Source of the DNA: Candidatus Methanomethylophilaceae archaeon
Lineage (GTDB): Archaea > Thermoplasmatota > Thermoplasmata > Methanomassiliicoccales > Methanomethylophilaceae
Direction: 5' to 3'
DNA length: 64,000 nucleotides
Assembly (NCBI GenBank): GCA_963676235.1
Contig: OY781044.1
Location: 558,181-622,180 of the forward strand
Positions 27,650 through 38,965 of this stretch are shown here, one piece after another. The position numbers were made by a program, and so were the translations under genes. Below the pieces are notes generated by a model that worked only from the letters and a program-made list of their open reading frames with translations, did not search any database and had not been told where the DNA came from. Position 1 is the first letter of the stretch; each line of letters opens with the position of its first letter.

Positions 27650-29509
27650 TTACTCATCGTCGACTATTTTATAGTCTGCGTCGACACATCCATCGTCACT
27701 CTTACCGGTTCCCTTGTGCTCTGTTGATCCACTGGGGGCTTCCTGGGTCTGTGCGCTCTGCTGTGCCTGAGAGTATATCTTCTCGCTTATCGGCCCCATG
27801 ACTTTCATCAAAGCCTCGAGCTTTGTTTTTATGGCCTCGGTATCGTCGCCTTTGAGAACACCCTCGAGATCGCTGATCGCAGATTCGATATTGGTCCTTT
27901 CTTCCTGTGTGACCTTCTCACCGAGCTCATCCATAGATTTACGGATAGAAGCTACAGCTGTCTCGGCCTGGTTACGGACCTCGATGTTCTCGACCTTCTT
28001 TTTATCCGCTTCTTTGAACTGCTCTGCCTGCTTGACGAGATCATCTATCTCATCCTTGCTCAACTTGTTGGCAGATGCGATTGTTATCTTCTGTTCTTTA
28101 CCGGTCCCCTTGTCTTTCGCAGACACGTTGATGATGCCGTTCGCATCTATATCGAACGTTACCTCGATCTGTGGAAGTCCGCGGCGTGCAGGCAATATAC
28201 CTTCGAGAATGAATCTTCCCAAAGACGTATTATCTGTTGCCATCTTCCTCTCACCCTGAACGACATTGATCTCGACCGAAGGCTGGTTATCCGCTGCTGT
28301 GGAGAACACCTGTGATTTCTTTGTCGGAATTGTGGTATTCCTCTCGATGAGGGTTGTTGCAACTCCTCCGAGTGTCTCGATACCGAGCGACAGGGGTGTG
28401 ACATCCAACAAGAGAACATCTTTGACCTCTCCTGAAAGCACTGCACCCTGAACCGCTGCTCCCATTGAAACGCATTCCATCGGATCGATACCACGCTGGA
28501 TCTTGGGTCCAACAATGCTTTCAACGAAATTCTGGACGATAGGCATCCTCGTAGGACCTCCCACCATGATGATCTTATTGATGTTATCGTTGTTGAACTT
28601 TGCATCTGACATTGCCTGCTGGATGGATTGTTTACACCTGCTTACGATCGGCTCTACGAGCTCTTCAAGTTTTGCACGTGTTATTACTTGTACCAAGTGC
28701 TTGGGTCCGGATGCATCTGATGCTATGAAAGGCAGATTGACCTCGGTCTGCATTGTCGTAGACAATTCGATCTTTGCTTTCTCACATGCTTCTCTTACTC
28801 TCCAGAAGGCCATGTTATCCTTTGAAAGGTCTATTCCTGTCTCTTTCTGGAACTGGTTGAGGACGTATTTCGTAAGTATCTCATCCATATCGGATCCACC
28901 TAACTGAGTGTCTCCTGATGTTGATATTACCTCGAATACACCGTCGCTGAAATCCATGATGGTCACATCGAGGGTTCCTCCTCCTAGGTCGAATACCATG
29001 ATCTTCTGGGACTGACCGGATTTGTCCAATCCGTATGCAAGCGCTGCGGCTGTTGGTTCATTTATTATACGAACAACATCCAATCCTGCGATTGCACCCG
29101 CATCTTTGGTTGCCTGCCTCTGATTATCATTGAAATATGCCGGCACTGTGATAACAGCTTTCTCTACGGTTTCACCGAGATATGATTCTGCATCCTTCTT
29201 TATCTTCTGAAGTATGAATGCTGAGATCTGCTGTGGCGTGTACTCCTTTCCGAGTGCCTTTACCTTATCATTAGATCCCATTTTCCTCTTGACATTCTTG
29301 ATGGTTCCATCTGGGTTGGTGACTGCCTGCCTTCTTGCAGGCTCACCTACCAGCAATTGACCATCCTTTGTGAAAGCCACATATGATGGGAAAGATTTTC
29401 CACCAGCACTTGTTCCCTCTGCACTTGGGATCATTGTCGGCCTTCCACCTTCCATTACAGAGGCGGCCGAGTTGCTTGTTCCTAAATCGATTCCTATGAT
29501 TCTTGACAT
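27650..29509 (-). CDS. dnaK: molecular chaperone DnaK (Hsp70)
   Basis: [19 protein letters not shown], and full-length Hsp70 similarity. Confidence 0.97.
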   Translation of the reverse strand: MSRIIGIDLGTSNSAASVMEGGRPTMIPSAEGTSAGGKSFPSYVAFTKDGQLLVGEPARRQAVTNPDGTIKNVKRKMGSNDKVKALGKEYTPQQISAFILQKIKKDAESYLGETVEKAVITVPAYFNDNQRQATKDAGAIAGLDVVRIINEPTAAALAYGLDKSGQSQKIMVFDLGGGTLDVTIMDFSDGVFEVISTSGDTQLGGSDMDEILTKYVLNQFQKETGIDLSKDNMAFWRVREACEKAKIELSTTMQTEVNLPFIASDASGPKHLVQVITRAKLEELVEPIVSRCKQSIQQAMSDAKFNNDNINKIIMVGGPTRMPIVQNFVESIVGPKIQRGIDPMECVSMGAAVQGAVLSGEVKDVLLLDVTPLSLGIETLGGVATTLIERNTTIPTKKSQVFSTAADNQPSVEINVVQGERKMATDNTSLGRFILEGILPARRGLPQIEVTFDIDANGIINVSAKDKGTGKEQKITIASANKLSKDEIDDLVKQAEQFKEADKKKVENIEVRNQAETAVASIRKSMDELGEKVTQEERTNIESAISDLEGVLKGDDTEAIKTKLEALMKVMGPISEKIYSQAQQSAQTQEAPSGSTEHKGTGKSDDGCVDADYKIVDDE

Positions 29510-29522
29510 TTCTACTCACCTT

Positions 29523-30056
29523 TTACTCTTCTTTTTTCTTGGTCACTCTGACCTTTGAATATCTCAGAACACGACCGTTCATATGATATCCCTTTTGGAA
29601 CACCTCGGCGATCATATCGTCAGCATCCCCTTCAGTCACACAGAGCGCTTCGTGAATATTCGGATCGAACTTTCCCTCCGTTGGGATCTCTGTCAATCCG
29701 TGCTCTTCCAGGACCTTCATCAGATTCTGTCTGATGCCTCTGATCCCTTTGACGAACTCTGTCTCTTCCTTCACTGTATTGAGAGCGCGGTCCATGTCAT
29801 CGACGATGGTCAGCAACTCTTTGGCCATTCCCTCTGTTGCGAATTTTCTGAACTCTTCTGTTTCCTTCTGAGTCCTTTTACGGTAGTTGTCAAAATCCGC
29901 CTGAAGCCTTCTAGCCATATCCAAATATTTTTCAGCATCTGCCTTTGCAAGTGCCAACTCATCTACATTGAGTTGTTCTTTAGATTTTTTAGGCTCTTCC
30001 TTTGTAAGAGTTTCTTCTGGTTCTTCAGTGGATTTTTTTCTAGACTTCTCAGTCAT
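29523..30056 (-). CDS. grpE: nucleotide exchange factor GrpE
   Basis: RLQADFDNYRKR and the C-terminal GrpE beta domain. It sits immediately upstream of dnaK. Confidence 0.9.
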   Translation of the reverse strand: MTEKSRKKSTEEPEETLTKEEPKKSKEQLNVDELALAKADAEKYLDMARRLQADFDNYRKRTQKETEEFRKFATEGMAKELLTIVDDMDRALNTVKEETEFVKGIRGIRQNLMKVLEEHGLTEIPTEGKFDPNIHEALCVTEGDADDMIAEVFQKGYHMNGRVLRYSKVRVTKKKEE

Positions 30057-30125
30057 AAGGGGGCCTCTTTCAATTAGATTTTAAAGTAAAGGGGAAGAAG
30101 ATCTCCCCCTTGTTTGGTTTAAGGT

Positions 30126-31766
30126 TTAATCTTCCATTCCGCCAGGCATTCCGCCTTCGCCCATCTGGGGTTGCGGGCTTCCGCGTGATGCAATGACATC
30201 ATCGATCCTGAGGATCATGACTGCCGCATCTGTTGCTGAGTTGATTGCCTGTTTTCCGATCCTGTAGGGCTCGATAACATCCAATTTCAGCATATCCTCT
30301 ACTTTTCCCGTGAATGGGTTCAGACCTGCATTAACCTTTCCTGCCTTGTGCTGTTTCCTCATCTCGATAGTTATGTTGATGGGGTCCAATCCTGCATTCT
30401 CCGCAAGTGTGGTAGGAATTACTTCCATTGCCGAAGCGAATGCTTCAATCGCGATCTGCTCTCTGCCACCGACGGTCTGCGCGTAATCTCTAAGGTTCAT
30501 TGCGATCTCCATTGCTGTGGATCCGCCACCTGTTACGATCATTCCGTCTTCTATTGAGACCTTTACAACAGACCATGCATCAACGAGTGATCTCTCGACT
30601 TCGTCTGTTACATGGTTGGTTCCGCCTCTTATGAGGATAGAAACTGTCTTAGGATCTTTGCATCCAGTGATGAATGTGTAATACTCATCCTCGACGTGCC
30701 TGAGCTCGACTGTTGCCGCATATCCGAGATCCTCTTTGCTGATCTCCTCGATCTTGTTGCAAATAGATGCTCCGGTAGACCTTGCGAGTCTCTCCATGTC
30801 GCTCTTCTTTACACGCCTGCAGGCATATATGCCCTCTTTGGCGAAAAAGTGCTGTGCCAGATCATCGATTCCTTTCTGACAGAAGATGACGTTTGCTCCA
30901 GATTTCTTGATCTGCGCGACCATTCTCTTAAGCATGTTCTCTTCTTCTGCAACGTAACCGGCAAGCTGGCTTGGATCTGTGATCTGGATCTTTGCCTCGG
31001 TCTCGGTTTTCTTAACTTCGAATGCCGCATCGATAAGAGCGATCTTCGCGTCTTTGATGAGCTTGGGCATTGAAGGTGAGACTGGCTCTTTATCGATTAT
31101 GAGTCCTTTGATCATAATTGACTCTTCCATGTTGCCTCCAGACTTCTTTACGGTCTGGATATTCTTCAGATCTGCGAAGTAGTTGCCTTTCTCATCTTTG
31201 TCGATGATTGTCTTGACCGCGTCAACGACCATATCTGCAAAGACCTCTTTGGATTTGTTAACGGATTTGCTGATCATTGCTGTGCAGGCGATCTGTTTCA
31301 AAAGTTTTTCATCGTTGATGGTTACCTTCTTTGAAACTTTCTTGAGGATCTCCTGTGCTTTGATGTTGGCAAGCCTATATCCTGCTGTTATAAGGGTCGG
31401 ATGAACATTTGCATCGATCATGTCGATTGCTTTTTTAAGAAGCTCTCCTGCGATGATCACGGATGTTGTGGTTCCGTCTCCTACCTCTGCATCCTGTGTC
31501 TTTGCAACCTCAACCAACATTTTTGCTGCGGGGTGCTGGACATCCATTTCCTTTAGAATTGTCACACCGTCATTGGTAATGACCACATCTCCCATGGAAT
31601 CTACAAGCATCTTGTCCATTCCTCTTGGACCGAGGCTGCTTCTGACAGAATCAGCGATGACCCTGGCTGCCGAGATGTTGTTGAACTGTGCGTCTTTTCC
31701 TTTATCTCTCTTGGTTCCTTCTCTGAGAATCAAGATAGGTGCGTTACCCATACCCATGTTTTTCAT
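30126..31766 (-). CDS. ths: thermosome subunit (group II chaperonin)
   Basis: [25 protein letters not shown], and a C-terminal GGMPGGM tail. Confidence 0.95.
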   Translation of the reverse strand: MKNMGMGNAPILILREGTKRDKGKDAQFNNISAARVIADSVRSSLGPRGMDKMLVDSMGDVVITNDGVTILKEMDVQHPAAKMLVEVAKTQDAEVGDGTTTSVIIAGELLKKAIDMIDANVHPTLITAGYRLANIKAQEILKKVSKKVTINDEKLLKQIACTAMISKSVNKSKEVFADMVVDAVKTIIDKDEKGNYFADLKNIQTVKKSGGNMEESIMIKGLIIDKEPVSPSMPKLIKDAKIALIDAAFEVKKTETEAKIQITDPSQLAGYVAEEENMLKRMVAQIKKSGANVIFCQKGIDDLAQHFFAKEGIYACRRVKKSDMERLARSTGASICNKIEEISKEDLGYAATVELRHVEDEYYTFITGCKDPKTVSILIRGGTNHVTDEVERSLVDAWSVVKVSIEDGMIVTGGGSTAMEIAMNLRDYAQTVGGREQIAIEAFASAMEVIPTTLAENAGLDPINITIEMRKQHKAGKVNAGLNPFTGKVEDMLKLDVIEPYRIGKQAINSATDAAVMILRIDDVIASRGSPQPQMGEGGMPGGMED

Positions 31767-32079
31767 TCCTCCGAATATTTATTTCACTTATGTGGTGAAA
31801 TTCTAGAAGGTTATTGTTTGTTCTTCTATATAAATCTAATCTTCAATATCAACAATTCGTAGGAAACAAATATCTGCTCAATCCAGACATATCGATGAAT
31901 AAGAAAATAAAAAGAACTGGTTTTAATCCTCTTCAAAATCCAAGGATCATTCTGATACCTACGCCAGATAATGGTAAGAAGCCTCGTGACACAATAAATC
32001 CATACCTATGCGGACAAATATGCAACTATATTGCATACATGTAGATCTTACTCGACCCGAATCTTGAATTCACACCTGC

Positions 32080-35000
32080 TTATATCTTGATCTGAACCTC
32101 TTTGGATTCCAAGAGTTTCTTGTATCCTATGGGCATGACCTTGAGGAATCTTCCGATGTTTCCTTCCCAATCCGCCAATATCTCCTTGGCCTTCCGGCTT
32201 CCAGTATATTTCACATGATTCTCCAGGATCTTCTTCAATTCATTGCGGTCGGTCTGGGCTTCCACTAAAGAAAGTTCTACCATGTCCATGTTGCAGTGCC
32301 TATCGAAATCACCGCCATCATTCAATACATAGGCTATTCCAGCAGACATCCCTGCAGCGAAATTCCTTCCCGCCTCACCGATGACGACCACGCGACCGCC
32401 TGTCATATATTCGCAGGCGTGGTCACCCACACCTTCAGCAACGGCGATCGCGCCGCTATTACGGACACAGAATCTTTCTCCGACCTTTCCTGAGATGTAT
32501 ACTTCACCGGATGTCGCACCATACAGCGCAGTATTCCCCGCGATAACATTGCATCTGGGAACATGTTCCTCATGGAATATCATTATCTTTCCTCCAGACA
32601 AACCTTTTCCGACATAATCGTTGGCCTGACCCTTCAATATGAACGATATTCCTTTGTAAAGGAACGCCCCGAAACTCTGTCCTGCCGTTCCGTTGAATGT
32701 TATCTGGATCGTATTATCCTTGAACTGCTTGTCTCTTCTTGCAGCCTCTCCTGAAAGCATCGTTCCCACTGAACGATCAATATTGCATATACCATATTCC
32801 AGCTTAACAGGCGTTCCTGCATCCAGAGAGATGTTCGCATCCTTGATCAGACGTCTGTCGAGAATATCCTTGGTGATATCTTCCTGACCTATCGTACAGA
32901 TCCTTGTTCCAGGAACTGTCTCCGTTATCAATGATATGTCTACGGTGGATGCCTTCTTTCCGTCAACATGCTTGCGGACAATCAGGTCGGCACGTCCGAT
33001 TATCTCATCTATGGAGCGGAATCCCATTGCTGAAAGCTGTCTTCTGACATCCTCAGCAAGGAACCTGAAATAATTTATGAGATTCTCTGGTGTTCCCTTG
33101 AACTTGGAACGCTTATCGGGATCCTGAGTTGCAATACCTACGGGACATGTGTTGGTCTGACATTTACGGCACATGATGCAACCCAACGCGACCATGGGTG
33201 CAGTTGCAAAACCATATTCCTCCGCGCCTAGGAGAGCGGATATTATAACGTCCCTTCCGGTCTTCATCTGACCATCCACCTGGAGCCTTACCTTTCCTCT
33301 CAGACCACTTATCATGAGGGTCTGCTGAGCTTCAGCGATTCCAAGTTCCCACGGCAAACCTGCATATCTTATAGAGGACAAGGGGCTTGCGCCTGTTCCA
33401 CCATCCGCTCCCGAGATCAGAATGATATCTGCACCGGCTTTTGCAACACCCGCTGCTACTGTTCCTACTCCTGCCTCAGCTACGAGCTTGACGCTTACTT
33501 TAGCAGTAGGATTGATGCATTTCATATCGAAGATCAATTGCTTAAGATCCTCAATAGAATAAATATCGTGATGAGGAGGTGGGGAAATAAGCGTTATTCC
33601 TGGAATCGTATGCCTTGTAGCTGCGATCACCTCATCGACTTTGAATCCTAACAGCTGTCCACCCTCACCGGGTTTTGCTCCCTGTGCTACCTTGATCTGT
33701 ATCTCTTCCGCATTGACGAGATACTGCGCAGTCACACCGAATCTTCCAGATGCGATCTGCTTGATCTTTGAACCGAGATCCCTGCCGTCGGCGGTCAGTT
33801 TGAACCTTGCGGGATCCTCTCCGCCTTCTCCTGTGTTGCTACGGGAGCCGATCCTGTTCATCGCATCCGCAAATGTTTCATGTGATTCCTTGCTAATCGC
33901 ACCGAACGATATACCCTCACCGATGAATCTCTTCATTATCGATGCTGCTGGTTCGACTTCCTTCAGAGGAACAGGCGTTCCCTTCTTGACCTCCATGAGG
34001 TCACGGATGAAGAATGCACCTGAATCTTCCAATTCTGCGAAAGCCTTGTAGGATTCCTCATCGTTCTCACGAACAGCTGAATGCAGTGCCTTGACTGATT
34101 CAGGATTCCAAGAATGCTTCTCTCCGCCTTTTTTGTAATTGTAAACTCCTCTGTCTTCTGACAAGGGATCCTTTTCCCCGGAAGAGAATGCCGCTTTATG
34201 CGACGACATCGCTTCTTCCGATATCTCCTTCAATTTCAATCCATTTATGCGCGAGACCGTATTCCCGAAATATTTGTTCGCAACATCCTTGTCTATACCA
34301 ACGGCCTCGAACAGCCTCGAGCCACGATACGATCTTATCGTAGCGATACCCATCTTGGACATTATCTTGAGGATTCCCTTTTCCAATGCCTTGACGTAGT
34401 TGTGTTCCGCCGTACTGACATCGATCCTAAGGGTCTCGTCCTTTACCATATTCTCGATCAGCGCATATGGTATGTATGGATTGACGACATTTGCACCGTA
34501 TCCGAACAACAATGCAAAATGCATGACCTCCCTAGGTTCTCCTGACTCCAATATTATACTTGTCTGAACACGCTTCTTCTTGGCTACCAGGCTCTGATGA
34601 ACAGCCGATACGGCCAATAATGAAGGAATCGAAACATTATCTTTATCGACACACCTATCTGAAAGGATAATATACGAATTACCAGCATCTACCGCTGCTT
34701 CAGCCTTCCTGCAGATGTCTTTCAGGGTCTTTTCCATTCCTTCCGGACCGTCAACCATGGGAAATGTTATCGGAATGACTGCGGCATTGAAACCTCTGTA
34801 TTTCAAATTCTTAAGGAGATCCAATTCCCTATTGGTTATAACAGGATGCCTGACCTTCACGATATTGCAATGCATAGACGTTGGATCAAGGACATTTTGA
34901 TGAATGGAACCTATGTATCCGGTTATCGACATTACCAACTCCTCTCTGATAGGATCTATCGGAGGGTTAGTGACCTGAGCAAATGATTGTCTGAAATAAT

Positions 35001-36525
35001 TGAATAATCTCTGAGGCTTGTCGGAAAGGACGGCCAGTGGAGCATCGAATCCTGTTGAACCCACAGGTTCCTTGCCCTGAGATGCCATTGGCTCTATGAT
35101 CTTGGTGATATCTTCTTGAGTGTAACCGAACTCAAGAAGTTTCTTGTTCAGATCTGGAACAGAACGTCCAACCTCCCTTCCAGAGGACACCTCATCCAAT
35201 TCCACTCTTTTTTTCTCTAACCAGTCTCTATAAGGATATGCAGATGCAAGTTCATTTTTGATTTCAGAATCATACATGATCTTGCCTTTCTGAGTATCGA
35301 TTATCATCATCTTTCCTGGCATCAAACGACCCGTTTCCTCTACATCAGACTCTGGTATCTGTATAACACCAGATTCCGATGCCAGGATGAACAACCCATC
35401 CTTTGTCAGCGAATATCTTGCCGGACGAAGACCGTTCCTGTCAAGCATACCGCCTGCATATCTTCCGTCTGTGAACAGAACTGCTGCCGGACCGTCCCAC
35501 GGCTCCATGAGAATACTATGATATTCGTAGTAAGCCTTCAAACTGTCAGATATGGGATTTTTATTGTTCCAAGACTCCGGGATCATGATAGACAATGCGT
35601 TGGGCATTGACTTTCCGGACATGGTCAGGAATTCGAACACATTATCGAGCGTGGCACTGTCGCTCATACCTCCCTGCATTATCGGGAACAATGATTTGAT
35701 ATCAGGAAGGACTGAAGATTCTAAAACACTCTCCCTTGCTTTCATCCATGATCTGTTACCGCGGATGGTGTTGATCTCACCGTTGTGGCAGAGCATCCTG
35801 AAAGGCTGTGCTAGTTTCCACATGGGTAATGTGTTTGTACTGAACCTTGAATGCACCATTGCGATCGCTGATTTGAAATTTGGATCTGTAAGATCCTTAT
35901 AATAAGTTCTAATCTGAGCAGGCGTGAGCATTCCCTTGTATGTTATAGAACGTGTCGAAAGGCTGCAGATATAGAAATCCTCAGCAGAATCGATCTTTGA
36001 TGCTTCTATCCTGTTGCCAACTCTTTTTTGAACAGCGTACAGCTTATGCTCCAGAATATCAGAACTATCATAACTTGTGAGGAAAACCTGGATTATCCTT
36101 GGCTCGGTGTCGAGTGCTAAAGGTCCTGGAACCGTATGATCGATAGGAACTTCACGATTTGCGATCTTATGCAGACCATAACGTTCACATTCTTCATCCA
36201 AGATTTCCAAACAAGCATCCTGATCCTTCTTATTCTTAGGTAAAAAGATCAGCCCTGTTCCGTATCTTCCCAATTCCGGAACAGGTATATCTAGGGTCTT
36301 GATGAAATCATGGGGGATCTGCACCGTTATTCCTGTACCGTCACCAGTCTTACCATCTGCATTCTCTGCACCACGATGAGCCATGTTCTCAAGGATCTGG
36401 AGTCCATACTCCACAATCCTATGATCCTTGCTACCGCTGACATTCACTGCGAGTCCTACTCCGCATGAATCTCTCTCGTTTATCGGATCGTAGAGACCCA
36501 AAGTACCTCTCATGACAGACACCAT
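32080..36525 (-). CDS. gltB: glutamate synthase large subunit, fused bacterial-type (amidotransferase + FMN/Fe-S + GXGXG domains)
   Basis: Ntn Cys context GLYDP..ERDSCGVG, and a central CRKCQTNTCPVGIATQ 3Fe-4S motif. The track start is GTG 36573, which overlaps glnN. The ATGs at 36525 or 36513 fit the usual short propeptide. Confidence 0.9.
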   Translation of the reverse strand: MVSVMRGTLGLYDPINERDSCGVGLAVNVSGSKDHRIVEYGLQILENMAHRGAENADGKTGDGTGITVQIPHDFIKTLDIPVPELGRYGTGLIFLPKNKKDQDACLEILDEECERYGLHKIANREVPIDHTVPGPLALDTEPRIIQVFLTSYDSSDILEHKLYAVQKRVGNRIEASKIDSAEDFYICSLSTRSITYKGMLTPAQIRTYYKDLTDPNFKSAIAMVHSRFSTNTLPMWKLAQPFRMLCHNGEINTIRGNRSWMKARESVLESSVLPDIKSLFPIMQGGMSDSATLDNVFEFLTMSGKSMPNALSIMIPESWNNKNPISDSLKAYYEYHSILMEPWDGPAAVLFTDGRYAGGMLDRNGLRPARYSLTKDGLFILASESGVIQIPESDVEETGRLMPGKMMIIDTQKGKIMYDSEIKNELASAYPYRDWLEKKRVELDEVSSGREVGRSVPDLNKKLLEFGYTQEDITKIIEPMASQGKEPVGSTGFDAPLAVLSDKPQRLFNYFRQSFAQVTNPPIDPIREELVMSITGYIGSIHQNVLDPTSMHCNIVKVRHPVITNRELDLLKNLKYRGFNAAVIPITFPMVDGPEGMEKTLKDICRKAEAAVDAGNSYIILSDRCVDKDNVSIPSLLAVSAVHQSLVAKKKRVQTSIILESGEPREVMHFALLFGYGANVVNPYIPYALIENMVKDETLRIDVSTAEHNYVKALEKGILKIMSKMGIATIRSYRGSRLFEAVGIDKDVANKYFGNTVSRINGLKLKEISEEAMSSHKAAFSSGEKDPLSEDRGVYNYKKGGEKHSWNPESVKALHSAVRENDEESYKAFAELEDSGAFFIRDLMEVKKGTPVPLKEVEPAASIMKRFIGEGISFGAISKESHETFADAMNRIGSRSNTGEGGEDPARFKLTADGRDLGSKIKQIASGRFGVTAQYLVNAEEIQIKVAQGAKPGEGGQLLGFKVDEVIAATRHTIPGITLISPPPHHDIYSIEDLKQLIFDMKCINPTAKVSVKLVAEAGVGTVAAGVAKAGADIILISGADGGTGASPLSSIRYAGLPWELGIAEAQQTLMISGLRGKVRLQVDGQMKTGRDVIISALLGAEEYGFATAPMVALGCIMCRKCQTNTCPVGIATQDPDKRSKFKGTPENLINYFRFLAEDVRRQLSAMGFRSIDEIIGRADLIVRKHVDGKKASTVDISLITETVPGTRICTIGQEDITKDILDRRLIKDANISLDAGTPVKLEYGICNIDRSVGTMLSGEAARRDKQFKDNTIQITFNGTAGQSFGAFLYKGISFILKGQANDYVGKGLSGGKIMIFHEEHVPRCNVIAGNTALYGATSGEVYISGKVGERFCVRNSGAIAVAEGVGDHACEYMTGGRVVVIGEAGRNFAAGMSAGIAYVLNDGGDFDRHCNMDMVELSLVEAQTDRNELKKILENHVKYTGSRKAKEILADWEGNIGRFLKVMPIGYKKLLESKEVQIKI

Positions 36526-36530
36526 CGGAC

Positions 36531-38714
36531 TCAGCTGACGAACAGAAGTTCTCTGTACTTGGGCAGAGGCCACATCTCATCATCTACGATCATTTCCAAT
36601 GCATCGAGGTGTTTTCTTATATCTTCTATGCGAGGTACGACCTCGTCATGATATCCAACAGCCATCTTACGGCCTTCTTCTGACAAAGCCAACTTATCGC
36701 ATATATCGTCCATCTGATATGCTATATCCCTCGAAGCACAAATATGCTCAGAGATCTCCTTTATCATAGCAAGTTCATGTGAAGCAAGTTGCTCGAACTC
36801 ATTCTCTGAATATAGTTCCTTGATCTTGAACACATTGTCCAAAAGAATGGATTGATATCTTGTTGCCACAGGTATGATGTGGTTCGATGTGAGATCACTT
36901 AAAACACGGGCCTCGATCTCAACCTTCTTACAATAGAGTTCCCAACGTACCTCGTTCCTTGCATTGAGTTCGACATCGGTCATCACACATGTGTCTTTGT
37001 ATATGCCGATGGTCTGTGCTGTTGTACATACATCATAGATCACAGGTACAGATGTCTCGCAATCGAGTCCGCGCTTCAAAGCCTCGACCTTCCACTCATC
37101 GGAATATCCATTTCCATCAAAACATACAGGCTTTGCAGCTCTGTATGTCTCACGTACTTCATCGAGAACTGCCTGCATAACTGGTGTTCCTGCTTTGATT
37201 CTACTATCCACTGCCTTCTTGAATTGTTTAAGCTGATATGCAACGACGGTATTTAGTACGGTCATCGGTGCCGCACAATTAGCTGAGGAACCGACTGCCC
37301 TGAACTCGAACCTGTTTCCAGTGAACGCAAACGGAGATGTTCTGTTCCTGTCTGTGTTATCCACTAGAAGTTCGGGAATCTGCGGAATGCCTAAGCTATA
37401 TCCCTTCTTGGATCCGATCTTAACCATGTCTTTAGTGTTCAGAAGCTCTTCGAATGCCTCGGTGACCTGTCTTCCCAGGAATGAGGAGATGATCGCCGGG
37501 GGCGCCTCGTTAGCTCCAAGCCTGTGGGCGTTGGTCGCTGTTGAAATAGAGGCCTTCATCAGACCGTTGTTATCGTAAACAGCTTTGAGTACGTTAGCCA
37601 TGAACGTCAAGAATCTAAGATTCTCCTCATCTGTCTTACCGGGTGACATCAATCCGATGCCATCGGTTGTACCCAGTGACCAGTTACAGTGTTTTCCTGA
37701 ACCGTTGATGCCGCCAAACGGCTTCTCGTGAAGCAATGCTTTGAATCCGTGACGCTCCGCAACCGTTTTCATTATTGACATCAACAATAAATTATGATCG
37801 TTTGCAAGGTTAACTTCCTCGTACACAGGTGCAAGTTCAAACTGGTTAGGTGCGACCTCGTTGTGTCTCGTCTTGACTGGGATCCCAAGCTTGTATGCTT
37901 CGTATTCCAGATCCTTCATGAATTCTAGTGCTCTCTTCGGAATAGACCCGAAGTAATGGTCGTCAAGCTGCTGATTCTTCGCACTGTCGTGACCCAAAAG
38001 TGTGCGCTCCGAAAGTATTAGATCCGGACGTTGCGCCCATAATGCAGTATCAATAAGGAAATATTCCTGTTCCCAACCTAAATATGATTCGACTGCTGCA
38101 TTCTTCATTCCGAAATATTCCAAGACCTCGGATGTTGCCTTTGAAACTGCAGTGATGGATTTCAGAAGAGGTGTCTTATAATCAAGTGCCTCCCCAGTGT
38201 ATGAAATGAATACAGTAGGGATACAAAGTACATCGCCTAGAATAAATGCAGGCGACGACGGATCCCATGCGGTATATCCTCTTGCCTCAAAAGTATTCCT
38301 TAATCCCCCGCTGGGAAATGATGATGCATCCGGTTCCTGCTGACAAAGAAGCTTTCCGCTGAAATTCTCGAGCGATGTGCCCTGTCCGTGCGGTTCCGCG
38401 AAAGAATCGTGTTTCTCTGCAGTTCCTCCAGTCAAAGGCTGGAACCAATGCGTATAATGCGTTGCGCCCATATCCATTGCCCAACGCTTCATGCCGACTG
38501 CTACATACTCTGCTACAGATTTATCAAGGGTAACGCCCTGTTCGATCGATTCATAAACGACTCTTCTGGTCTCAGAAGAAAGGTATTTTCTCATCGTCTC
38601 CCTGTTGAAAACATTACATCCATAATAATCAGATGTTGCAGGCGCCGGCGGTGCTACGATCACAGGTTCCTTGCGAAATGCTTCTTCGACTGCTCTGAAT
38701 CTGCTGTTGCTCAT
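36531..38714 (-). CDS. glnN: glutamine synthetase type III
   Basis: The 727-aa length class is that of GSIII. GS catalytic blocks are present: NGSGKHCNWS, NAHRLGANEAPP, NRTSPFAFTGNRFEFR. Confidence 0.85.
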   Translation of the reverse strand: MSNSRFRAVEEAFRKEPVIVAPPAPATSDYYGCNVFNRETMRKYLSSETRRVVYESIEQGVTLDKSVAEYVAVGMKRWAMDMGATHYTHWFQPLTGGTAEKHDSFAEPHGQGTSLENFSGKLLCQQEPDASSFPSGGLRNTFEARGYTAWDPSSPAFILGDVLCIPTVFISYTGEALDYKTPLLKSITAVSKATSEVLEYFGMKNAAVESYLGWEQEYFLIDTALWAQRPDLILSERTLLGHDSAKNQQLDDHYFGSIPKRALEFMKDLEYEAYKLGIPVKTRHNEVAPNQFELAPVYEEVNLANDHNLLLMSIMKTVAERHGFKALLHEKPFGGINGSGKHCNWSLGTTDGIGLMSPGKTDEENLRFLTFMANVLKAVYDNNGLMKASISTATNAHRLGANEAPPAIISSFLGRQVTEAFEELLNTKDMVKIGSKKGYSLGIPQIPELLVDNTDRNRTSPFAFTGNRFEFRAVGSSANCAAPMTVLNTVVAYQLKQFKKAVDSRIKAGTPVMQAVLDEVRETYRAAKPVCFDGNGYSDEWKVEALKRGLDCETSVPVIYDVCTTAQTIGIYKDTCVMTDVELNARNEVRWELYCKKVEIEARVLSDLTSNHIIPVATRYQSILLDNVFKIKELYSENEFEQLASHELAMIKEISEHICASRDIAYQMDDICDKLALSEEGRKMAVGYHDEVVPRIEDIRKHLDALEMIVDDEMWPLPKYRELLFVS

Positions 38715-38788
38715 AGAAAGGTATTGAGACTTACGTATTAATATAGTTTTCGAATAAACTTACTAAATGTTCGTAAATAATCAATCTG

Positions 38789-38806
38789 ATTAGACAAATG
38801 TCTAAT
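38789..38806. promoter_or_regulatory. inverted repeat ATTAGACA-AA-TGTCTAAT in the glnN / 38966-operon divergent region
   Basis: Read directly. 8-bp perfect arms, 75-92 nt upstream of the glnN ATG. Confidence 0.3.
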
Positions 38807-38965
38807 AGAAATAAATCTTAAAACTGTTATTGACAGGATGCGCACCTATATTAGTAATTTTACACAATTAATATATGAAGAAACGAGATGAGTTCAGACA
38901 ACTACTCTAACAACAAAGAAAGATATATCCCCTAAACAACATGCACCGGCACAGAAAGTGAGAAC

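Noticed and set aside
30057-30125. Imperfect hairpin (AAGGGG..CCCCTT) between the thermosome gene and grpE as a heat-shock operator
   Set aside because: The stem is short with a bulge, and I saw no second copy upstream of other chaperone genes. It is mentioned only in the chaperone-block finding.
36526-36573. 43-nt overlap between glnN and gltB implied by the track start of gltB
   Set aside because: The track start is a GTG. In-frame ATGs at 36525 and 36513 give the usual short propeptide before the catalytic Cys (..GLYDPINERDSC) and remove the overlap.
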